Source: Schmidtea polychroa (taxonomy: Eukaryota). Taken from it: DNA of 64,000 nucleotides. A model generated the notes under the pieces. The model saw only the letters and a program-made list of their open reading frames with translations. It had not been told where the DNA came from and searched no databases. Where the stretch lies: positions 103,416,001 through 103,480,000 of the forward strand of contig CM097886.1 of assembly GCA_044892525.1 (NCBI GenBank), given 5' to 3'. A program made the position numbers and the translations under genes. Position 1 is the first letter of the stretch. Each line of letters begins with the position of its first letter. Below are positions 45,301 through 58,100 of this stretch, one piece after another.

Positions 45301-46253
45301 GTAAATCATTAGAGAATTTGAAAAAACGTATGAATTTGAGGCTATGCAATTCATCAGCAAAGATGATTGTATACGCCTCCAAACCAACTTTCAAAAAATC
45401 AATTAAAATAGCGGATGATCTGATTGCGGTTCATCTTAATAAAGATATTATATGTTTAGACAGGCCTAGCTACATAGGCCAATCAGTGCTAGACCTGTCT
45501 AAACTACGCATGTATCAACTGCAATATAATGAATTGGCAAAATATAGATCCGAATTCTTATGTGATATAAATATCGTTGCCGGCGATACTGATTCGTTTT
45601 TTCTTGAGGTTAAGCACTGTAAGCTAGACACTCTTTTGCCGGCAATGATAAGAGATAATCTTCTAGATACCTCTAATTATGATCCCGCACACCCATTATA
45701 CTCGAGAAACCTTGATTCTGTGATAGGAAAATTTAAAGATGAAAGCAAAGGTCTCGGGTATAAGGAATGGGTTTTCTTAAGACCTAAGTGCTATAGTTTA
45801 TTAGGTGTCAAAGATACTATGAGGGCTAAAGAGGTGAAGTTAATGGGGACAGAGATTGAGCACCAGTCATATTTAGACTGCTACAATAACAACGTAGAAA
45901 TTGCAGTGCCGCAAACTAGGATAGGGACGCGGAACCACCAACTATATACCATCAAAAATAGTAAAATCGCATTGACAAATAACGATGACAAGCGATTATG
46001 GGTGGGGAAAAATAATAGTATCGCATTTGGGCATTATTTTGGGGTTGATGCTGTAGATAATGATCAAGTATTGGATGAAGTTGGACCGCTCTCTGTAGGT
46101 TTCAGTCCAGATTTCGATGAAAGTGATCAAATATTAGAGGAAGTTGGACCGCTTTGTGGAGGTTTCAGCCCAGATTTCGATGATAGTATCGATATAGATG
46201 TTGATATAGACGATATTATATTAACTGATGATGATGATGACGACTATTATTAA
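42081..46253 (+). CDS. polB: Protein-primed family B DNA polymerase (pPolB), copy 1, uninterrupted (1390 aa)
   Basis: Exo I YADFE, CxxC...DHDH...CxxC (endonuclease VII-like) insert, YLKLDV, YIDINNLYGWAL, KLFNNSLYGK, AGDTDS and RPKCY. Also a poly-Asn tract and an acidic tail. Confidence 0.95.
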
Positions 46254-46633
46254 ATATATCTTCTTTAAAAACTAGACTTTTAATGTGTTCATTTTTATTT
46301 TTAATTGATGTATAGTTTTCAAATTTAATCATTTTTAATAATCGTAATAATAACATCTTTTAATATGTGTATTTTTATTATTATTTTGAAAACATGTGAT
46401 AGTTTTCAAGTTNNNNNNNNNNNNNNNNNNNNNNNNNNNNNNNNNNNNNNNNNNNNNNNNNNNNNNNNNNNNNNNNNNNNNNNNNNNNNNNNNNNNNNNN
46501 NNNNNNNNNNNNNNNNNNNNNNNNNNNNNNNNNNNNNNNNNNNNNNNNNNNNNNNNNNNNNNNNNNNNNNNNNNNNNNNNNNNNNNNNNNNNNNNNNNNN
46601 NCTTGTAGTGAGCATGCATCTACATCTCTTCTC

Positions 46634-46722
<89 letters not shown>

Positions 46723-49700
46723 GCCCCAAATAAATGTAGCTTGCAGTGAGCATGCATCTACNNNNNNNNNNNNNNNNNNNNNNNNNNNNNNNNNNNNNNN
46801 NNNNNNNNNNNNNNNNNNNNNNNNNNNNNNNNNNNNNNNNNNNNNNNNNNNNNNNNNNNNNNNNNNNNNNNNNNNNNNNNNNNNNNNNNNNNNNNNNNNN
46901 NNNATATCTTTCACATAGTTAGCATTCAGCATGCGACTACCAACCTATGATATTAATAATATTAATAATAATTCATATGATTCATTTTAGTTTACAATTA
47001 CCAATTTCAGATTATTTTACAATTATTAATATTTATTTCATTTTTACGGTTTTTTTTTATTAGAAATGAAATAAATATCAATAACTGTTATAGATTTATA
47101 ACAATAAATATATAGATATTTTATGTAAATTATATTAGTCTAATAAAATGTATTAATTAATGTTATTTTTGAACAAATACAATCGAAATGATATATATAT
47201 TCAAAAATTTTAGAATGTAATTTAATTATTTTTTAAAAATTTATTAGGCAAACTATATCAACGATATTGTCAATCCTCAATTGGACATAGCTCTGCATGC
47301 CATAAAGTAATGAAGCTTTACTATGGTCATAGATTCTATGGCACCAACTTTTTTATTTGCCCCAAATGCGAAACTGCCCAACATTTAAAATACATAGATT
47401 TTTATAAGGGGCATTACACCCACTTAAATCAATTTGTATTGAATAAAAAGACCCTTTTTAATATAATTTATGCGAAAANNNNNNNNNNNNNNNNNNNNNN
47501 NNNNNNNNNNNNNNNNNNNNNNNNNNNNNNNNNNNNNNNNNNNNNNNNNNNNNNNNNNNNNNNNNNNNNNNNNNNNNNNNNNNNNNNNNNNNNNNNNNNN
47601 NNNNNNNNNNNNNNNNNNNNNNNNNNNAATAATACCAATAACAGAAATAATAATACAAATAACCGAAATAATACAAATAATAATGATTCAAATAATGGAA
47701 ATAGTACATATAATAATAATATTACAAATAATGGAAATATTAATAATACAAATAATAGAAATATAGATAATACAAATAATAATACAAATAATAATACAAA
47801 TAATAATAATAATAATACAAATAATAATACAAATAATCGAAATAATAAAAAATCTAAAAGACCTGCTGTAAATACTGTTCCGTGTATCCCTACTAAAATT
47901 ATAAAATTATCAACCATCGTGATAAGTGATGATGAATCTGAATTATTAAATACCCAAATAGGGGGTTCGATAAACAATATAGAAAATATTCAAATAGATA
48001 TAAATGATGAACCTGAAATAGAGATAGATTTAAAGGGTTCCCGTAAAAATATTCGATTTGATTTAGAACATAAAAACTTAATTCAAATCTCCCTTACGGA
48101 TAAAATTATAAATAAAATTAATGTGGAAATTGAAAAGATGGGATCTGTAAAAGTCCAGTTTACAGTTCTTATTCAATTTGAAAAAGATGGAGAAATTAAA
48201 GATAATTTCTTTTCAAATAGTGCGAGTGTTTTTTCCGACAATTTTCTTATCGATGGTGTGAGTCGATTAAATGAGAAAATTGAAAAATTTACTTATTTAG
48301 GTAGCGGATGGAGGGTTGTAAAGATTAAGGAACTTGATTTTATTTTGACCACATTTTACCCTATAAGTCGATTAGCTGGCCATAGTTTTATACCTACACC
48401 AGCGGCAATATATAAAAAGAAAGCAATTGTAAATGTAAGAAACAATGATAATGCTTGTTTTATATATAGTGTTTTATCACTATTAAAGCGTGATATAATT
48501 TTAAATCACAGGGAGCGTGTTTCCAATTATACTAATTACTTAGACGAACTAAATTATGATCCCATTACTGATTGCCCAATGAGGTTATGCAACATCCCGA
48601 AATTTGAAAGAAATAACATAGATTTAAAATTGGCAATCAATGTTTTTGAATATAAACCCACAATAACAGGGAATAAAATAAATAATGATATAGATTATGT
48701 ACCTCATCATCCACACCTAAATATAATTCATAGATCTAAGGTTACCGAAGGGAATCCTATTAATCTTTTACTCCTACAAGACGGTGATAATTATCATTAC
48801 ACCGCAATTTTTAATTTAAACCGATTAATGAATGGTCATTCAACCATCGAATGTAATACTAGAATTAGAGTTAGATGGTGCCCTCATTGTTTAAATGGTT
48901 TTTATCGGGTCAAAACTTTTAAGGTACATGTTGCATTGTGCGCTAAAAATCAAATAGGAACCACCCTTTACACGCTCCCTAAAAATAAAAATTTAACGTT
49001 TAAAGATTATTCAAAGATGATTACCCCACCGTTCGTAATATACGCGGACTTTGAGGCTATTTTACCTGGGGATATAAATCATCACCAAATACACAAGCCA
49101 ATAACAGCAGGTCTATTATTAATTAACAATTACACTAACACAACATCATATTTTAATTTTATAGGCTTGGAATGTGTTTTTGAATTTTTAAAGAAGGTGG
49201 AGGAAATTGCTGTCACAATTGTCCTCCCGTATTATGAAATTCATGGTAGAAAATTCATCAATACTCTGTCTTTCAATGAGGAACGGGAGTTCAACAACTG
49301 TAGGACTTGTTATCTCTGTAAACATTTTATAAAGGATAAGGTTAAGGACCATGATCATTTCACAGGTAAGTATCTTGGTGCTGCCTGTAGAAATTGCAAT
49401 GTTTCTAGGAGAATAAACAAACAGGGGTATGACTTACATCACATTTTAAAGTATGGTTTGAATGATTTTCCATCTTGGAAATTAAATATCATTCCGACCA
49501 CCACTGAAAAATTTATATCCTTGATTGTAAATATTAACAAATTGACTGTTCGTTTTATCGACAGTATGCAATTTGTTAACTCATCGTTAGCAAAGGCAGT
49601 TAAAACTCTTTCAGATTTACCTTTAACTTCGTCTGTTTTTGATGGTAGTATTGTGAGAGCAAAGGGCATATTTCCTTACGACTTTGCAACATCACTCGAA

Positions 49701-50921
49701 ATTCTTGAATCTACTCATGAATTACCACCGATTTGGAGTTCTGTATCTAATGAAGAATATGCTATCGCCCAAGAAATCTGGGTTCAGCAAAATTGCGAAA
49801 CAATGTTAGACTATATGTTAACGTACCTTAAATTGGACGTATTCCTCTTGGCAGATTATTTTCAGCAATTCCGTGCCAAAGCAATTGCTTATAACGGCCT
49901 TGAACCTCTAAACTTCTATGGAATTCCAGGTATGTCATGGGCGTCAGCACTCATGACATTACAGGAACCTATAGAAGTTCTACAGGATATGGAAATGTAT
50001 AATTTCTACGAAGGTGGAATACGGGGCGGGTTAACATTTGTTAACAAACATTATGTAGCAAGTTCTGAAGATACAGAACTTTTGTATATAGATATAAATA
50101 ATTTATATGGTTGGGCTCTTAGCCAAAATCTTCCGTATGGTGACTTTGTTTGGGTGTATGAAAATCTGAATGATGTGTTGAGTGAATGCGTGAATGCCGA
50201 TATTGAAAACCTTCCATATGGTTATACTATGGAAGTAGACATCAATATCCCTAATCGTGTGCATGAATATTTGAATGATTTTCCGCTTGCTCCTGAAAAA
50301 ATGTGTCCACCTAATTCAAAGGTTGAGAAGCTTATGCTCACGCATTGGCCTAAGAAGAACCATGTTCTTCATTGGCGGCTTCTCAAGCTGTATATAGAAT
50401 TAGGTGCGGAAGTTGAGCATGTACATAGAGCAATTAAATTTAAACAATCAACAATTTTCAAAACATATATAGATCGAAATACTAATTTACGTTCAAAATT
50501 AACATGTGAACTGTATAGAGATCTATATAAATTATTCAATAATAGTCTCTATGGTAAATCATTAGAGAATTTGAAAAAACGTATGAATTTGAGGCTATGC
50601 AATTCATCAGCAAAGATGATTGTATACGCCTCCAAACCAACTTTCAAAAAATCAATTAAAATAGCGGATGATCTGATTGCGGTTCATCTTAATAAAGATA
50701 TTATATGTTTAGACAGGCCTAGCTACATAGGCCAATCAGTGCTAGACCTGTCTAAACTACGCATGTATCAACTGCAATATAATGAATTGGCAAAATATAG
50801 ATCCGAATTCTTATGTGATATAAATATCGTTGCCGGCGATACTGATTCGTTTTTTCTTGAGGTTAAGCACTGTAAGCTAGACACTCTTTTGCCGGCAATG
50901 ATAAGAGATAATCTTCTAGAT

Positions 50922-53017
50922 TAGGGTGGAGCTTAAAAATTAAAAAAAATTAAAAAAAGTATTTTTGAAAGTCTTACCCTCCTAATCTGTTCCTTATAAT
51001 ATAGAAACACTACATAAAAAGTTTGAATAATAAATTATTGTGTTTAGGGGTAGCTCAAGTGCTTCAAATTTACCAAAATTATGAAAATTACATAAATTCT
51101 CAATTTATTTGTAACAAATCAGTATAAATTTTTCAACACAATTAGATTGCAATCTCAGTTCAGTTTTGGGAAGAGTTCAGGGTGTCAGTTCAACAATTTC
51201 CAAATTTATTGTTTATGTGGTACTCCAGACATAGTTTGTTTCCTGCTGTCAGGGTACATTCGACGATGATCCTCGACAACTTGCAGGAGGAATTGTAACT
51301 GTGATTCATCGTGAGTTAACAAGCCGCTGTATTCCTGAATTAAGGCAACTCCACGTTCGGCATGATCATTTACTACTTTCAGTGACTTGACTGTTTCCTT
51401 TGCTTGCCTGAAATCATCTCTGTCCTCCCACAAATCAGGATCAACCGCGAGGAATCCATGTGGAAGTTCCAACATTCGGAGCAGGGTCATTGACTTAGCT
51501 GTGACAAAATCTTCCAAGTTCTTGGTCTTAAAGGAATCGAGAGCAACTGTAATTCTCTTTGAATGGTCCTTATCTTGCTCTTCTTCGCTCTGCATTGCAC
51601 TCACCATCAGTCTCTTTGTTGATGAATTAACGCGATCGTCGAAGAAAGCCAAGCTAACAAGTTCCTGTGACAGGTACCACAAATGATTGGAAAACTTATG
51701 TGATGTTTGCTTTGAGATTGCAGAATGGATAAACGAGTATTCAAGCAGAGACTTGAGCAGCAGAAAGTCATTGTAAGGAGCACCGGATGCTTGAGGTGCA
51801 GAGATCCAGGCTTTCAGGTAGATGCGTACTGCAAACACACACACATCGCGTATTCCTCTTTCTTCTGCAGAAGTAAGTTTGAATTGAGCCTTGAACATCC
51901 AGATCTTTAAACTGTATATGACTTTACTCATCCAGCGAGCATGATGCATTGCTCCGGGCAACATGAATCGCACTCCTCTGGCAGGACCAGCACCGAGAAA
52001 GACAATCACGAGTTCCAAGAATTCTTTATAATCGTCCCTCGGCTGGCTCTGTTCAAGATGCTTGATGGCAAAATCGACGGTGCTTTGCCTAATGTCTTCC
52101 ACTAGATTTGCCACGTCGTCTGTTGCAATCCCTGGTTCATATTTGTCCGTTTCGATGAATGCCCAGTATTCCTGAAAGCGTTTGAAGAGTTGGACCACGG
52201 GAGAGGAGGTGGCTCCCATACAAACTTGGAAGACTGCACCAATAATTAGTTCCATAACGTGATGCCTGCAAGCCAGCGACAACAATACACAGATTGTCAA
52301 ATAAGGTCATACACATTACACAATCAAACACATACACACACAAATTACACATATTTGAAACTTTAAGATAAACCATAAACCTGTAACATGTGATACTACA
52401 TTGTATAAATTTAAAAATAATTTCAAATACCTGGTTTGCTGTAGTGTAGTGTTGATGAAAAAATAATCACATTTACAAATTTATCACTATTTCAATCATT
52501 AATAATAAATAGAAACAAAAATTGTATTTCTTCTGCTTAAGTTAGCAAAATGGCTGTCAGCTTTGGTAGTCTATTGCACTGCCTCTAACCTGTGAATAAG
52601 TAAGCAAACCTACATGCATCAAGGGCAAAAGTTAGTTACTTTTATTAGAAATTAAAAAACACTAAGCTGATGCAAAAATTTTATGATAATAATGATAATT
52701 ACGTAATATCATAAGTTTAGTTTTATTTTGTTTGAATGAACAATTCAAGCTATTTTGATTGTAATGATTAAAAATGATTAAAGCCCCCTAACCAGTAACC
52801 ACACGGCTTGTGAAATATATTTTACACTGAAAGAATACAATTATGGACCCGTCGGAGTCTGACGACCAGAGTGCTGGAAACTTCACCGTCATTGAGCTAC
52901 CTCTAAATATTGTTCAATTGTGCTCATATGTTGTCTGAATTATTATTTCATAAATAGGAACAAAATTAGAGGGTAAGAAGATCATATTTCAAAAGTTAAA
53001 AAATAAGCTCCACCCTA
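50922..53017 (-). mobile_element. 2,096-bp internally deleted hAT (hATm-like) DNA transposon
   Basis: 14-bp TIRs TAGGGTGGAGCTTA / TAAGCTCCACCCTA. 8-bp TSD TTCTAGAT at 50914-50921 and 53018-53025. The empty site is visible in polB copy 1. Confidence 0.92.
51206..52300 (-). pseudogene. C-terminal ~360 aa of a hATm-type transposase
   Basis: LACRHHVMEL, PGAMHHARWMSKVIY, HLWYLSQELV and VVNDHAERGV are present. The N-terminal catalytic region is missing. Confidence 0.8.
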
Positions 53018-54062
53018 TTCTAGATACCTCTAATTATGATCCCGCACACCCATTATACTCGAGAAACCTTGATTCTGTGATAGGAAAATTTAAAGATGAA
53101 AGCAAAGGTCTCGGGTATAAGGAATGGGTTTTCTTAAGACCTAAGTGCTATAGTTTATTAGGTGTCAAAGATACTATGAGGGCTAAAGGGGTGAAGTTAA
53201 TGGGGACAGAGATTGAGCACCAGTCATATTTAGACTGCTACAATAACAACGTAGAAATTGCAGTGCCGCAAACTAGGATAGGGACGCGGAACCACCAACT
53301 ATATACCATCAAAAATAGTAAAATCGCATTGACAAATAACGATGACAAGCGATTATGGGTGGGGAAAAATAATAGTATCGCATTTGGGCATTATTTTGGG
53401 GTTGATGCTGTAGATAATGATCAAGTATTGGATGAAGTTGGACCGCTCTCTGTAGGTTTCAGTCCAGATTTCGATGAAAGTGATCAAATATTAGAGGAAG
53501 TTGGACCGCTTTGTGGAGGTTTCAGCCCAGATTTCGATGATAGTATCGATATAGATGTTGATATAGACGATATTATATTAACTGATGATGATGATGACGA
53601 CTATTATTAAATATATCTTCTTTAAAAACTAGACTTTTAATGTGTTCATTTTTATTTTTAATTGATGTATAGTTTTCAAATTTAATCATTTTTAATAATC
53701 GTAATAATAACATCTTTTAATATGTGTATTTTTATTATTATTTTGAAAACATGTGATAGTTTTCAAGTTNNNNNNNNNNNNNNNNNNNNNNNNNNNNNNN
53801 NNNNNNNNNNNNNNNNNNNNNNNNNNNNNNNNNNNNNNNNNNNNNNNNNNNNNNNNNNNNNNNNNNNNNNNNNNNNNNNNNNNNNNNNNNNNNNNNNNNN
53901 NNNNNNNNNNNNNNNNNNNNNNNNNNNNNNNNNNNNNNNNNNNNNNNNNNNNNNNNNNNNNNNNNNNNNNNNNNNNNNNNNNNNNNNNNNNNNNNNNNNN
54001 NNNNNNNNNNNNNNNNNNNNNNNNNNNGTTTTATTACATTGTTTAATAATATCATTGTACCC

Positions 54063-54134
54063 TTGCGAGTTGTTGAGCGTGAGCAGTACCCTTGTGAGCA
54101 TTACCCATAGGGGGATAGAATATTTTGTCGGATA
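54063..54134 (-). repeat. Inner tip of the Maverick right TIR
   Basis: Reverse complement of 31460-31531 with 3 mismatches. Confidence 0.85.
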
Positions 54135-54347
54135 GATTAGGANNNNNNNNNNNNNNNNNNNNNNNNNNNNNNNNNNNNNNNNNNNNNNNNNNNNNNNNNN
54201 NNNNNNNNNNNNNNNNNNNNNNNNNNNNNNNNNNNNNNNNNNNNNNNNNNNNNNNNNNNNNNNNNNNNNNNNNNNNNNNNNNNNNNNNNNNNNNNNNNNN
54301 NNNNNNNNNNNNNNNCTTGTAGTGAGCATGCATCTACATCTCTTCTC

Positions 54348-54419
<72 letters not shown>

Positions 54420-54855
54420 TGATAATAATAATGATGTTAATAATAATTTATATCTTTCACATAGTTAGCATTCAGCATGCGACTACCAACCTATGATATT
54501 AATAATATTAATAATAATTCATATGATTCATTTTAGTTTACAATTACCAATTTCAGATTATTTTACAATTATTAATATTTATTTCATTTTTACGGTTTTT
54601 TTTTATTAGAAATGAAATAAATATCAATAACTGTTATAGATTTATAACAATAAATATATAGATATTTTATGTAAATTATATTAGTCTAATAAAATGTATT
54701 AATTAATGTTATTTTTGAACAAATACAATCGAAATGATATATATATTCAAAAATTTTAGAATGTAATTTAATTATTTTTTAAAAATTTATTAGGCAAACT
54801 ATATCAACGATATTGTCAATCCTCAATTGGACATAGCTCTGCATGCCATAAAGTA

Positions 54856-55044
54856 ATGAAGCTTTACTATGGTCATAGATTCTATGGCACCAACTTTTTT
54901 ATTTGCCCCAAATGCGAAACTGCCCAAGATTTAAAATACATAGATTTTTATAAGGGGCATTACACCCACTTAAATCAATTTGTATTGAATAAAAAGACCC
55001 TTTTTAATATAATTTATGCGAAAACTAATAAGAATAATAATACA

Positions 55045-55118
<74 letters not shown>

Positions 55119-58100
55119 TAATAACAGAAATAATAGAAATAATAATAATACCAATAACAGAAATAATAATACAAATAACCGAAATAATACAAATAATATT
55201 GATTCAAATAATGGAAATAGTACATATAATAATAATATTACAAATAATGGAAATATTAATAATACAAATAATAGAAATATAGATAATACAAATAATAATA
55301 CAAATAATAATACAAATAATAATAATAATAATACAAATAATAATACAAATAATCGAAATAATAAAAAATCTAAAAGACCTGCTGTAAATACTGTTCCGTG
55401 TATCCCTACTAAAATTATAAAATTATCAACCATCGTGATAAGTGATGATGAATCTGAATTATTAAATACCCAAATAGGGGGTTCGATAAACAATATAGAA
55501 AATATTCAAATAGATATAAATGATGAACCTGAAATAGAGATAGATTTAAAGGGTTCCCGTAAAAATATTCGATTTGATTTAGAACATAAAAACTTAATTC
55601 AAATCTCCCTTACGGATAAAATTATAAATAAAATTAATGTGGAAATTGAAAAGATGGGATCTGTAAAAGTCCAGTTTACAGTTCTTATTCAATTTGAAAA
55701 AGATGGAGAAATTAAAGATAATTTCTTTTCAAATAGTGCGAGTGTTTTTTCCGACAATTTTCTTATCGATGGTGTGAGTCGATTAAATGAGAAAATTGAA
55801 AAATTTACTTATTTAGGTAGCGGATGGAGGGTTGTAAAGATTAAGGAACTTGATTTTATTTTGACCACATTTTACCCTATAAGTCGATTAGCTGGCCATA
55901 GTTTTATACCTACACCAGCGGCAATATATAAAAAGAAAGCAATTGTAAATGTAAGAAACAATGATAATGCTTGTTTTATATATAGTGTTTTATCACTATT
56001 AAAGCGTGATATAATTTTAAATCACAGGGAGCGTGTTTCCAATTATACTAATTACTTAGACGAACTAAATTATGATCCCATTACTGATTGCCCAATGAGG
56101 TTATGCAACATCCCGAAATTTGAAAGAAATAACATAGATTTAAAATTGGCAATCAATGTTTTTGAATATAAACCCACAATAACAGGGAATAAAATAAATA
56201 ATGATATAGATTATGTACCTCATCATCCACACCTAAATATAATTCATAGATCTAAGGTTACCGAAGGGAATCCTATTAATCTTTTACTCCTACAAGACGG
56301 TGATAATTATCATTACACCGCAATTTTTAATTTAAACCGATTAATGAATGGTCATTCAACCATCGAATGTAATACTAGAATTAGAGTTAGATGGTGCCCT
56401 CATTGTTTAAATGGTTTTTATCGGGTCAAAACTTTTAAGGTACATGTTGCATTGTGCGCTAAAAATCAAATAGGAACCACCCTTTACACGCTCCCTAAAA
56501 ATAAAAATTTAACGTTTAAAGATTATTCAAAGATGATTACCCCACCGTTCGTAATATACGCGGACTTTGAGGCTATTTTACCTGGGGATATAAATCATCA
56601 CCAAATACACAAGCCAATAACAGCAGGTCTATTATTAATTAACAATTACACTAACACAACATCATATTTTAATTTTATAGGCTTGGAATGTGTTTTTGAA
56701 TTTTTAAAGAAGGTGGAGGAAATTGCTGTCACAATTGTCCTCCCGTATTATGAAATTCATGGTAGAAAATTCATCAATACTCTGTCTTTCAATGAGGAAC
56801 GGGAGTTCAACAACTGTAGGACTTGTTATCTCTGTAAACATTTTATAAAGGATAAGGTTAAGGACCATGATCATTTCACAGGTAAGTATCTTGGTGCTGC
56901 CTGTAGAAATTGCAATGTTTCTAGGAGAATAAACAAACAGGGGTATGACTTACATCACATTTTAAAGTATGGTTTGAATGATTTTCCATCTTGGAAATTA
57001 AATATCATTCCGACCACCACTGAAAAATTTATATCCTTGATTGTAAATATTAACAAATTGACTGTTCGTTTTATCGACAGTATGCAATTTGTTAACTCAT
57101 CGTTAGCAAAGGCAGTTAAAACTCTTTCAGATTTACCTTTAACTTCGTCTGTTTTTGATGGTAGTATTGTGAGAGCAAAGGGCATATTTCCTTACGACTT
57201 TGCAACATCACTCGAAATTCTTGAATCTACTCATGAATTACCACCGATTTGGAGTTCTGTATCTAATGAAGAATATGCTATCGCCCAAGAAATCTGGGTT
57301 CAGCAAAATTGCGAAACAATGTTAGACTATATGTTAACGTACCTTAAATTGGACGTATTCCTCTTGGCAGATTATTTTCAGCAATTCCGTGCCAAAGCAA
57401 TTGCTTATAACGGCCTTGAACCTCTAAACTTCTATGGAATTCCAGGTATGTCATGGGCGTCAGCACTCATGACATTACAGGAACCTATAGAAGTTCTACA
57501 GGATATGGAAATGTATAATTTCTACGAAGGTGGAATACGGGGCGGGTTAACATTTGTTAACAAACATTATGTAGCAAGTTCTGAAGATACAGAACTTTTG
57601 TATATAGATATAAATAATTTATATGGTTGGGCTCTTAGCCAAAATCTTCCGTATGGTGACTTTGTTTGGGTGTATGAAAATCTGAATGATGTGTTGAGTG
57701 AATGCGTGAATGCCGATATTGAAAACCTTCCATATGGTTATACTATGGAAGTAGACATCAATATCCCTAATCGTGTGCATGAATATTTGAATGATTTTCC
57801 GCTTGCTCCTGAAAAAATGTGTCCACCTAATTCAAAGGTTGAGAAGCTTATGCTCACGCATTGGCCTAAGAAGAACCATGTTCTTCATTGGCGGCTTCTC
57901 AAGCTGTATATAGAATTAGGTGCGGAAGTTGAGCATGTACATAGAGCAATTAAATTTAAACAATCAACAATTTTCAAAACATATATAGATCGAAATACTA
58001 ATTTACGTTCAAAATTAACATGTGAACTGTATAGAGATCTATATAAATTATTCAATAATAGTCTCTATGGTAAATCATTAGAGAATTTGAAAAAACGTAT

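Larger units (their letters stand above)
47310..53610 (+). pseudogene. pPolB copy 2, split by a DNA transposon
   Basis: The ORF stops at the TAG that begins the inserted TIR (50922-50924) and resumes after the TSD at 53026. Confidence 0.92.

Noticed and set aside
50922-50930. Rescue of polB copies 2 and 3 by splicing out the hAT element
   Set aside because: The in-frame TAG at the first three TIR bases precedes the nearest GT, so splicing from there would not restore the frame.
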